Source of the DNA: Malacoraja senta
Lineage: Eukaryota
Reading direction: 5' to 3'
DNA: 64,000 nucleotides
NCBI GenBank assembly: GCA_038087875.1
Contig: CM075990.1
Span: forward strand, 11,100,001-11,164,000
Part shown: positions 37,177 through 48,318 of the stretch, piece by piece
How the letters are laid out: each line of letters opens with the position of its first letter
Numbering within the stretch: the first letter of the stretch is position 1
Notes under the pieces: model-generated
The model's database searches: none
What the model saw: the letters and a program-made list of their open reading frames with translations, nothing else
What the model was told of the DNA's origin: nothing
Translations under genes and position numbers: made by a program

Positions 37177-38030
37177 CGGAAGTGGCGGCGCTGTCGAACA
37201 GCAGCGGCTCGCCTGCAGTCCGTCTGTTTTTACTTTTTTTGTTGTTTTCTTTTGTCATGTTTTAGTTAAATTTTGGTTTATTGGGTTGTGTATGTGTGGG
37301 GTGGGGGGGTGGGGGGTGAAACATGATTTTTGTCTCTTGCCTCGGGGGAATGCGACTTTTTCTTGTCGTATCCCCCTTCTCTGCCTCCGTCTGCACCGAG
37401 GCCAAAATGGCGGAGCTGCCGGCCTCCAACTCCAACTGCGACCGACCGACCGACCTCGAGGCTCCGGAGGCAGAGCCAGGACTTACCAGCGCGGGGCTGG
37501 CCAACTTCGGGGCTGCGGTGGCGTTCCGGCGGTGGCGACCGAGGACACTGGTGGCGACCTGAATCTGGAGGCTCGGCCGCGGGCCCGGTGGACGACATCG
37601 TCGGGAGCGCGCAGGTCACAGGTGGGTGACCTGTTTTTCTGGGGCTCCCGCAACTACAGCTGCGTCCGCTGGACTGGAGGACGGCAGCTTCGGCAGCTTC
37701 GACCACCCCGGGCCGCGGAGTTTGAACCGGCCCGTCGCGGACGGAGCACGGATTCAGCCGCGGGACTGACTTACCATCACCCGGCGGGGTCACAGCGTCA
37801 GAAGCCTGGATCGCCTCAGCGCAGAGGGAGAACAAAGAGGGAAGAGACAGAGACTTTAAGACTTTTGCCTCCATCACAGTGAGGAGGCGCCTGGTGAACT
37901 CACTGTGGTGGATGTTAATTTGTGTTTATTGTGTGTTTTGTTATTTATTATTATATGTATGACTGCAGGCAACGAAATTTCGTTCAGACCGAAAGGTCTG
38001 AATGACAAATAAAGGAATCTCTAATCTCTA
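37177..38030 (+). mobile_element. CpG-rich non-autonomous retroposon (854 bp), apparently full length
   Basis: TSD atgttc at 37171-37176 and 38031-38036; 3' hairpin ttcagacc-GAAA-ggtctgaa, AATAAA, (aatctct)n tail; second copy at 12365-12690. Confidence 0.82.
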
Positions 38031-38454
38031 ATGTTCAGCTACCAGTTTGAGTAATGGGCCGTTGTAGACCAAAATGATCAGCAATTAATGTTATCTTACA
38101 ACAGCATATTAAATGTTATGTTGATCAAACTGGAATCAATATATCAGTGAGCTACATGTTTGTTTAATTTTCTTGGTTGTAACCAGATGCATTTGAAGAA
38201 AGGTCAACATTTTAGTTACAGACCTGTGGATGTTAGCTTTAATACTAAACTATTTTAATAATGATTAATGCAAGAGTCATCAGCTAACACAAAATATAAC
38301 ATTAATCTAATCCGCTAAAGTCAAAGATCAACAAGCAAAGGAACAGAAGTTCCTTATATTTGAACAGATTAATAATCACTGCTGTTGTGAAAGTGCCTGC
38401 AGTTTTGGAATCTTAAATTTTCGCTGTAATCAGATCCAGATTGAACTAAGAAAA

Positions 38455-38905
38455 AAGACACAAACGCTGGAGTAACTCAGCCGGTCCAGCAGCATCTCTG
38501 GAGAGAAGGAATGGGTGAAGTTTCGGGTCGAGACCCTACTTCAGACTGATGTCAGGGGAGTGGGCAGGACAAAGATAAAATGTAGTCGGAGACGGTAAGA
38601 CTGCTGGGAGAACTGGGAAGGGGGAGGGGATGAGTGATAGGTGGATACCTGTGATGGGGGATAGGCAGATGATTGGACAAAGGCCAGAGGTGAAATGTGA
38701 GACAATGATAGAAGTGGTGAAAATTGTGAGACCAGAGGAAGGAACATAGGTGGAAGGGGAGAAATGGGTGCAAGTCCAGGTGGGCCACAGGGAAAAGAGG
38801 GGAGAAAAAGGTGGGGGTAGAAGTGGGTATGATTTCTCCAGAGATGCTGCTTGATCGGCTGAGTTACTCCAGCACTTTGTGTCTTTTTTTGTAAACCAGT
38901 TCCTT
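38455..38905. mobile_element. Penelope-derived element with inverted arms
   Basis: Antisense pLTR plus purine-rich spacer, then a short sense arm. Confidence 0.8.
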
Positions 38906-39079
38906 TTGTCCTGTCTGAACTCCTGCAGATTTCCTTGCAAAAATTAACTTATAAGAGTCATAGTCACGGAGACAAACAGCATGGAAACAGGCCCTTCAAC
39001 TCAATGTGTTAATGTTGACAAAGATGCCCCTGTAAACGAATCCAATTTGCTAGTGTTTGTCCAATATCCCTCTTATTCT

Positions 39080-39447
39080 TATGGGGTTGGACAGGCTAGA
39101 TGCAGGAAGATTGTTCCCGATGTTGGGGAAGTCCAGGACAAGGGGTCACAGCTTAAGGATAAGGGGGAAATCCTTTAAGACAGAGATGAGGAAAAACTTT
39201 TTCACACAGAGAGTGGTGAATCTCTGGAACTCTCTGCCACAGAGGGTAGTTGAGGCCAGTTCATTGGCTATATTTAAGAGGGAGTTAGATGTGGCCCTTG
39301 TGGCTAAGGGGATCAGGGGGTATGGAGAGAAGGCAGGTACGGGATACTGAGTTGGATGATCAGCCATGATCATATTGAATGGCGGTGCAGGCTCGAAGGG
39401 CCGAATGGACTACTCCTGCACCTATTTTCTATGTATCTATGTATCTA
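39080..39447 (+). mobile_element. Young CR1 3' fragment
   Basis: GLDRLDAGRLFPMLGKSRTRGHSLRIRGKSFKTEMRKNFFTQRVV; nearly identical to 47920-48318. Confidence 0.92.
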
Positions 39448-39560
39448 TAAACCTTTCCTATCTACGTACCTGTCTAAATGTCTGTTAAATGTTTCTGTTA
39501 GTTTAGTTTACTTTAGAGAATACGCCGAGTCCGCCCCGACCACCGATCCACGCAAATTAA

Positions 39561-39815
39561 AGGGCCTGTCCCACTTGGGTGTCACGCAGGTGGCGCGCGA
39601 AGATTTTGTGAATCTCAAAATCCTGGGGCGCCGCGCGCGACCGCGCGTCATTGCCTACGTCACCACGCACCATGCTCGCGTAATGCACGCCATGCACGCG
39701 TAATGCAAGCTATGCGCGCATCATGTGCGTGTCACGATGCGTGCGTCGTGCGTCGTGATGCATAAATGATGTCGCGTAAATGATGTACAAATGACGCCCA
39801 AGTGGGACAGGCCCT
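39561..39815. mobile_element. PIF/Harbinger-like MITE inserted in an antisense SINE (39498-40035)
   Basis: 19-bp TIR agggcctgtcccacttggg; flanks taa/caa; the host SINE resumes after it. Confidence 0.82.
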
Positions 39816-41899
39816 CAACACTACCCCACACACACTAGCATCTTATGTTTATACCAAGCCCATTAACCTACAAACCTGTACGTCTTTGGGGCATGGGAGA
39901 AAACAGAAGATCTCGGAGAAAATCCACGCAGGTCACAGGGAGTACGTACAAACTCCGTACAGACAAGCACCCGTAGCCAGGATCGAACTCCGGTCTCTGG
40001 TGCCGTAAGGCGGAGGCTCTACCACTGCGCCACCATGGTTCTCACACTACCTGTCTCACCACTTCCATAAGCCCACCACCCTCTGTGTGAAGATGTTGCC
40101 CCTTATTGGAGCCCCTCGGTGGAGGCAGGTTTCTCTGGATGCTTTCAAGAGAGAGCTAGATAGGGCTCTTAAAGATAGTGGAGTCAGGGGATATGGGGAG
40201 AAGGCAGGAACGGGGTACTGATTGGGGATGATCAGCCATGATCACATTGAATGGCGGTGCTGGCTCGAAGGGCCGAATGGCCTACTCCTGCACCTATTGT
40301 CTATTGTCTATTGTCTATTCTCTATTGTCTATTGAAACCCTTCAAGGAAATAGGCAATGTTTCAGGCCAAAACCATTCTTTAGACTGGAGGAAATAGGTA
40401 ACGTTTTGGGCCGAAACCCTTTGGGTTTCGGCCCAAAACGTTGCCTATTTCCTTCGCTCCATAGATAGAAACATAGAAACATAGAAAATAGGTGCAGGCG
40501 TAGGCCATTCGGCCCTTCGAGCCTGAACGGGGTACTGATTGGGGATGATCAGCCATGATCACATTGAATGGCGGTGCTGGCCCGAAGGGCCAAATGGCCT
40601 GCTCCTGCACCTATTGTCTATTGTTTATTGTCTTATGTCCTGTTTAAATCTTTCACCTCTCACATTAAACCTATGCTTTCCAGATTTTGAGCCACTTTTC
40701 TGGGGAAAAAGGCTGTGCATTGAAGCATATTTAGGCCTCTCATAATTTTATTTAACCTCTGTAAGATCACCTCTCCGTCTCCTATCCTCCAAAGAATAAA
40801 GTCCTTGTCTGCTCAAAGTCTCCCTATAACTCAGGCCCTTCGGTTCTGCTGAAAGCAAGGGTTTCTCATTGAACCTGTACCTCACCATTCTAGTGCACAT
40901 GACAATAAAGTTGACTTGATTTCTAATGCATTAACATTGACTAAACCATGGCCATCAGATGGAAGATGAGACTCAGAAAGGCACCATCTATTTGACAAGC
41001 ATATACTAGGAGAGAGCAGCTAAAACAACAAACCTCCAGAAATTAGTGTGCCCACATTTCAGCACTCGGCAATGCCTTTGACTTGATAGATGATTTTTTA
41101 ATCGTGAGTCAGTTTAGGTAACGTCATTTTTAAATGGAGTGTTAACTTGTGGTTTAAGTGAAAAGATAAATCCAAGGTGAAACTTTTCAAACTTTGAACC
41201 TCATTTTTATTAAAGGAAAAAACAATTGACTTGTTGCAAACTGTGACACAACTACTGAATAAAAGTAAAAAAAAGAGAACAACAGTGGTTTGCTTGTTCA
41301 AGTTCAGGTTCAAGATCACATTAATTATCACATACACCAATTAAGGGACAGTGATATTTGAGTTGCCATACAGCTATACAAGTAAAAAGAACGCAACACA
41401 CAATAGAATTTAACATAAACATCCACCACAGTGGAATCAGCATTTTTCACTGTGATGGAAGGCAATAAAGGTCAGTCATCTTCATCCTTTGTTCACCCGT
41501 GGTCGGGGCCTTGAACCCTCCGCAGTCGCCGCTACAGATGTTCAGGCCCTCTCGTCGGGATGATCGAAACTCCGACGTTGGGATGGATCGGAACACACTC
41601 TTGGAGTTCCCAAATCGGCCGCTTTCTGACGATGTGATGCCGATTTTCCCGAGACAGCATTGGTGGTACCATTATCAATGGTTGAGGTATCCGTTGTAGG
41701 TAATCCATGTAACAAAAAAGCTTATCAATGTACTTCGGTACATGTGACAAACTTAACATAGAAAATAGGTGCAAGAGTAGGTCATTCGGCCCTTTGAGCC
41801 AAAATCAGTGCCCCGTTCCTGCCTTTTCCCCATTTCCCTAGATTCCGTTCCGAAACAAAACAAAATTAAACTGAACTAAACTGAACCTAAACTAAAATT

Positions 41900-42340
41900 T
41901 GTGTTGAGATGCAGTCTTGAGCTTCTAATGCTCTTTTGCTCAGATGGTTAAATACTGTGCTGGCACACTAGAGGTGATGGTGAATTTCATCATCGATGTC
42001 GGTCTTAGTTGAGAAATGGCTCCCGAGTTAGGGGAAGTGGTCCATGATATCTGGGAATTTGCGGACAGCTCAGGGATCGTGTTGTAACCCCAGGTTTGGA
42101 TGGTGGAGGTCTTATGTTCTGCATACGTTTGGTATAAGGTCTATTCTTCCATAAACTTTAGTGAAAAACGACTTGGAACTCAGCCTCAAGACGTATATAT
42201 ACATATACATAAGTGTTACCTGCTGCTGCAGCTCGATGACTGAGGTTGCAATGACCTTGGTTCTGGAGTGGAGACAACACAGGTTGAACAGTTTCCCATT
42301 TGTCCTTCAGATTAGCTCCACTCCAGCAGGAAGCTCACTT
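41900..42340 (-). mobile_element. RTE-clade LINE RT relic
   Basis: Antisense LPAGVELI*RTNGKLFNL..LHSRTKVIATSVIELQ and DHFP*LGSHFSTKTDIDDEIHH. Confidence 0.8.
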
Positions 42341-43093
42341 CAGGAAAGGGAATGCTCTGACTGATGTGCTATTAATAGCAACAAATGTGCCATTAGCAAC
42401 TCCCAGGGCTAATTAATCATCTCTTGGTGACACATATTGACCATTAAACAGTTTTCATTAGCATCTAGTGGTTAGGTTGCTTGGGTGAGTCCATCTATCT
42501 TCATTAGTCCAACGCTTCGAGCTATATCATGGGCAGACAAGCTTGGTTTCTCTGCTGTTACCTTCAGTGTTAAAGGTGTGTTGCTGATTGCTCTGTAACT
42601 GTGGTGGAGTTGATGTGGGGGTGGGAAGGCAATTAACACACTTTAACAGACTTGTTTTAAACCATCAAAAATGCCTACACTTGAACCGCACCCGTCCACC
42701 AGTCATCGTTCCCTTCCCAAGAATGTTTTGAGCGCACGGTGAATTAATTTCCTGTCACCACATCCCATGCTTTTATATGTCATACTCAGAATATTTTATT
42801 TTGTGTTTCAAGTCTTCCTTGTGACAGTAACTCTCAGTAGAAGAAACAGTGCTTCTAGCCAACATAAATGTGGCAATGACGAGTGTAAACTTGCACTGTA
42901 GATGCAATCGTTTATTAAGTCAAGCCGGCAGATGCGTTGTGTAGAAATTGCAAAGATTGCAGTTTGCGATATATGTGTGGAAATGATAAGTGCGCTGCTA
43001 ATAACGAGGGTGGATCCCAAGTGGGCTGTTTCTCCACTGAAAGAAAGAACTTGCATGTCTCTGCCGTCTTCTTGAGTCTTGGGATGTCCCATG

Positions 43094-43308
43094 TGTAGGA
43101 AGGAACTGCAGATGCTGGTTTACACCGAAGATAGACACAAAATGCTGGAGTAACTCAGGGGGACAGGCAGCATCTCTGGATAGAAGGAATGGGTGATGTT
43201 TCTGGTCGAGATCCTGAGTCTGAAGAAGTCTCAACCCGAAACGTCACCCGTTCCTTCTATCCAGAGAAGCTGCCTGTCCCCCTGAGTTACTCCAGCATTT
43301 TGTGTCTA
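43094..43308. mobile_element. Palindromic Penelope-derived mini-element with 17-bp TSD
   Basis: tcttgggatgtcccatg at 43077-43093 and 43309-43325. Confidence 0.9.
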
Positions 43309-45324
43309 TCTTGGGATGTCCCATGCTTCTCACACCAATGCAAGACACAGCTGCAAGGAAGGGAATGTGTTAGTTTGTGCGCTCAAGGTCCCACATATAG
43401 CAAGTTCACAAGTTACAGGAGTAGAATTAGGCCATTCAGCCCATCAAGTCCACTCCGCCATTCAACCATGGCTGATCTCTGCCTCCCATTTTCTTGCCTT
43501 CTCCCCATAACTTTTCACACCTGTTCTAATCAAGAGCTCGTCTATCTCTGCCTTAAAAATATATAAAGATAAAGCAAAACACAGCACATCTCTAAAAAAG
43601 GGGAAATGGAGATGGTTATCAAAATTAAATTAAGATATGTAAAACCGATCTTTGATATTTTTGCTGTTGAGGGAGAATGTTCTGTGATATCTTTAGTGAA
43701 AAGTTACAACAGCTTCTGCACCTTAATTAAAAGGGTTAAACAAACGCTCTGTTATAAATTGTAATCTGTGCAATTCCAAGTATTTTATTGACGTGGAAAC
43801 ATTAAAGGCTCAAGGATTGAGTACAGTTCTCAAATGAGCTGAGCGACAAGACTGAATACTTTATTAAATTCTTTATTAGTCGCTCAGATATTCTCCGGCT
43901 GACTTCAATTCAATCGGTTGTTATATTTAATGAAATTTGTTTCTTCTAATGTTAGTGCAAAGTTTCATGCACCAGAGAGGCTTGAACGAGATGTTGGGAG
44001 GAATGTGAACCTGAAATACATTAGTGGTGTTCCCTGCTCTGTCTTCACTCACTGGGTGCAGCAAAGGTCAGCTTCCTAGGACATCTGTCTCAGCAACAAG
44101 TTTAAGAGACAAGTACAAGCATTTAGTGAAATGAGTTCTGGCTGATTAATAACCTCATGGTGTTGTATTCGGTGGGAGGGGAGAGCTCAAATAGTGAGAC
44201 TTGTGGGTCGGAATTATATTTTCATTCTTGCACAGATTTCTTCGATGAAGTGAAGGTGGGGGGTAAAGTAAAAGTAGAGGTGAGGAAAGTCTGAATATAT
44301 GCTCTCGCCCCTCAAGACTTTAGTGGTTTGAGATAATGTGGAAGTTTCGGACACAGGTGGCAAGAGTGCAGCTAATTCTCAGCTTTAAAGTTCTCATTCT
44401 TGTGTCCACATCCTTCCAGTTCTAATTGCCTCCTGCAACCTCCTCTTGTCCACTGAGTGTGTTCTGGTCATTAATTATTTAGTTCTGGTCATCGACTTTG
44501 CTCCAAGGACTGATTACAACTCATCTTGGATGTGAAGACTTGAGGTATAGATTCTGACCACCCACTTGGTCCTCAACAGAAGTCCATCATAGGACCCAGG
44601 AGGTAACAGGAGTTTGGAAAACATGGACAACATCTCATATCCATGGAGCCACCTCTCTGCGAAGGCAGATTTTGAGGATAAAATTCATCTTCAGTGTGAG
44701 GGGATTCATTTCCTTCAGCTCTGAGTAAAAGGGTATTTGAAGATAGCATCCCCTAGCCCCAAACATGCCCCAGTCCTCCAGTAAAAGTTGCTCTTCCCTT
44801 GGGATGTTCTGAAGTAGCCAAAGATGCAAACATTCCACAAACTATCTTGAGTCGGAAGGAACTGCCAGAGTAACACAGCAGGTCAGGCAGCATCTCTGGG
44901 GAAAGGGAATAGGTGACGTTTTGGGTCGGGACCCTTCTTCAGATGAAAAGTCCCAACCCAAAACAGCCTCGACCCGAAACATCACCTATTGCCTGACTCG
45001 CTGAGTTACTCCAGCTTTTTGTGTCTGTCCACAAACTGTCTTGTTGGTTATCTTTGGGATGTTCCAAAGACATGAAGATTCGTTATTGCTGAGCTAGGAT
45101 GGATCTGCAAATCCCCTGGCCGAAAATAATGAGCTAAAACAATGAGCTATCCTCTGCAGGGCAAGTTCCAATTCTTGGTTTGTTAGCGAGCCTAATTTCA
45201 ATTCCCTTTCCTCAATTGTTAGAAGCGCTGCAGTTTAATGTTCCCACTGTGAGAAGCTTGATCCCTGCCTCCTTTATGTATACTCTGCTTTCGCATGAAT
45301 AATGCACTCTGTTAAATGCTCCGG

Positions 45325-45620
45325 CTCCATTATTAGCACTCCTGCCTCTGAATCAAACGCAGTGGGTTTAAGTCCTATTGCAGTGATCCCAGTGCAGTGT
45401 GGAGGAAATCCTGCACTACACAAGGTGCAGTCGTTTGGATGGGGGGTTTAAAACAGAATCTGCTCTCCCAGGTGCACATAAGAGGCACCTATTTAACAAG
45501 TGAGTTATCCCACTGCCCTGTACGATATTTAACCAGTCAAAGCCATCAAAGCAGGTTCTCCACTGTCTGATGAAACTTGCTGAGTACAATTTGGCGGCCT
45601 TTCCTACATTACAATAATAA
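45325..45620 (+). mobile_element. DeuSINE/SacSINE-like element
   Basis: gcctctgaatca...gggtttaagtcc head, Deu-like middle, aatttggcggcctttcctacattacaa end. Confidence 0.65.
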
Positions 45621-46988
45621 CTGTGCCTTCTCACCCCTTTACTATATTTCCTATGCACTCATGACAGTGTGGCCAAATTCTGCTCTAACTCCATTTACAA
45701 GTTTGCAGTACAGTGGGCCGCATCTCAAACAACTATGAGATGGAATACAGGAAGGAAATAGAGAGCTTAGTAACACAGTGTCAAGACAACAGCACCTCAT
45801 ATTTCACTTGGGCTGCTTACAACCCAGCGGTCTTAATATTGATTTCTCTAACTTCAAGTAACCCTTGCAACCCCTCTCTCTCCGTCCCTCCCCCACTCAA
45901 GTCATTGTACGAGCTACAAAGACGTCTTGTTGAGTCTCTTTGTCTGTAGCTCGTTTTCACCTAGGCCACAGCTAACAATGGCCTGCTCCCATTGTTATTG
46001 TTATGTTTTTGCATATCTTTCATTCATTTGTTCTATATCTCTCTACATCACCGTCTTTGTCTCTATTTCCCTTTCCCCTGACTCTCAGTCTGCTGAAGGG
46101 TCTTGACCCAAAACATCACCTATTCATTTTCTTCAGAGATGCCGTCTGACCCGCTGAGTTACTCCAGCTTTTCGTGTCTACCTCCCCCTCAATGTCAGAA
46201 AGATGAACGAGCTAGCTACTGACTTCAGAAACAGGCTCCGATCCTCTGAAGTGGAGATGGTTGAGAGCTACAAGTTCCAGAGCATTAATAAAACAAGGAA
46301 TGTGTTGTGGATCAGCCACAGATGCACAGTAAAAAGCATCTACTGTATTAGGATGCATCACAGCTTAATTTGGCTACTGCTCTGCTCAAAACCACATTGT
46401 AGAGAGTTGTGGATGTAACCCAGTCCATCACACAAACCAACATTCCCATTCATCACCTCCATCTACACTTCATGCTGCCTCAGGAATTCACCCACCATGA
46501 TCAATGATCATTTACACTCCAGCCATGCTTCTTCTCCCCTCTATTACCAGGCAGAAGATACAGAGAGGTGAATGCAACTTGCCATGAGTTAGGAAGAGAT
46601 TTGGATTAAGAATTTAAGCATGCTGCGAGATGATGCATCTACACAGTGGGTAGAGTTGCAACATCGCCAGAGACCCGGGTTTGATCCTGACCTCGGGTGC
46701 TGTCTGTGTGGTGTTTGTACATTGTCCTCATGATCACGTGGGTTTCCGCCCACTGCTACGATTTCCTGCCACATCCCAAAGACATGCGGGTTTAGCCTCT
46801 AGAAAATTGCCCCTAATGTGCAGGGAATGGATGAGAAAGTAGGATAACAGAACTCGTGTGAACGGGTGATCAATGGTCAGCATGGACTCGGTGGGCTAAG
46901 GGGCCTGTTTCCATCTCTTAATCTAAAAAACTAAAACTAAAGTCTTGGGTGGGGTTTTAACCACAGCTCAGCTGATATATGACTGGAA

Positions 46989-47495
46989 AAGTAAGTAAGT
47001 AAGTTTATTGGCCAAGTATTCACATACAAGGAACTTGCCTTGGTGCTCCGCCCACAAGTAACAACATGACATACAGTGACAGTTACAAATGACTCAGAAA
47101 ATACAAAACATGAATAATAATAAAACATTAATGATAAAACACCATTGATCAAGCATGTGAACCAACAAAATACAAGATCAAAGGGAGGCTACAGATTTTT
47201 GGCTGTTGAGTAGAGCAACTACTCGTGGATAAAAACTGTTTTTATGTCTGGCTGTGGCAGCTTTGACAATCCGGAGTCGCCTTCCAGAGGGAAGTGATTC
47301 AAAGAGTTTGTGGCCAGGGTGAGAGGGGTCAGAGATGATCTTGCCCGCTCGCTTCCTGGCCCTTGCAGTGTACAGTTCATCAATGGAGGGAAGGTTGCAG
47401 CCAATAACCTTCTCTGCCGATCGGACGATTCGCTGCAGCCTCCAGGTGTCGTGCTTGGTGGCTGAGCCAAACCAGACCATGATGGAGAAGGTGAG
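46989..47495 (-). mobile_element. Young Rex1-type LINE 3' fragment
   Basis: Uninterrupted VWFGSATKHDTWRLQRIVRSAEKVIGCNLPSIDELYTARARKRAGKIISDPSHPGHKLFESLPSGRR; AATAAA and (ctta)n tail. Confidence 0.92.
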
Positions 47496-47849
47496 AAATG
47501 GTGTAAGTGGGGTTATGATATTAGAGTAGGAAGGAACTGCATATGCTGGTTTATACTGAAGATAGACACAGAATGCTGGACTAACTCTGCGGGTCAGGCA
47601 ACATCTCTGGAGGAAAGGAATAGTTCTTGATTAATACTGGTGTCAGAGGTTATGGGGAGAAGGCAGGAGAATAGGGTTAGGAGGGAGAGATAGATCAGCC
47701 ATGATTGAATGGCAGAGTGGACTTGATGGGCCAAATGGTCTAATTCTACCCCTATCACTTATGACCTTATGATCTTATGAACATGCTGCCTGACCCAGTG
47801 AGTTGCTCCAGCTTTTTGTGTCTGATGTTGGAGACTGCAACAAGGGGCA

Positions 47850-48318
47850 TGAACTTGGCTTGTACATGCTAGAATTTAGAAGATTGAGGGGGGATCTTAT
47901 AGAAACTTACAAAATTCTTAAGGGGTTGGACAGGCTAGATGCAGGAAGATTGTTCCCGATATTGGGGAAGTCCAGAACAAGGGGTCACAGTTTAAGGATA
48001 TGGGGGAAATCTTTTAGGACCGAGATGAGGAAAACATTTTTCACACAGAGAGTGGTGAATCTCTGGAATTCTCTGCCACAGAAGGTAGTTGGGGCCAGTT
48101 CATTGGCTATATTTAAGAGGGAGTTAGATGTGGCCCTTGTGGCTAAAGGGATCAGGGGGTATGGAGAGAAGGCAGGTACAGGATACTGAGTTGGATGATC
48201 AGCCATGATCACATTGAATGATCATGGCTGATCATTGAATTCAACCATTGTCGACGGTATCCTTGAAGGGCCAAATGGCCTACTCCTGCACCTATTTTCT
48301 ATGTTTCTATGTTTCTAT
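47850..48318 (+). mobile_element. Young CR1 3' fragment
   Basis: LGLYMLEFRRLRGDLIETYKILKGLDRL...; (ttctatgt)n tail. Confidence 0.92.

Noticed and set aside
37278..37882. Longest ORFs (199 and 198 aa, both strands)
   Set aside because: They lie inside a GC-rich repeat where stops are rare; low-complexity R/P/G/S peptides with no domain
44635..44838. Minus-strand ORF with a plausible acceptor
   Set aside because: Weak donor and no recognisable homology
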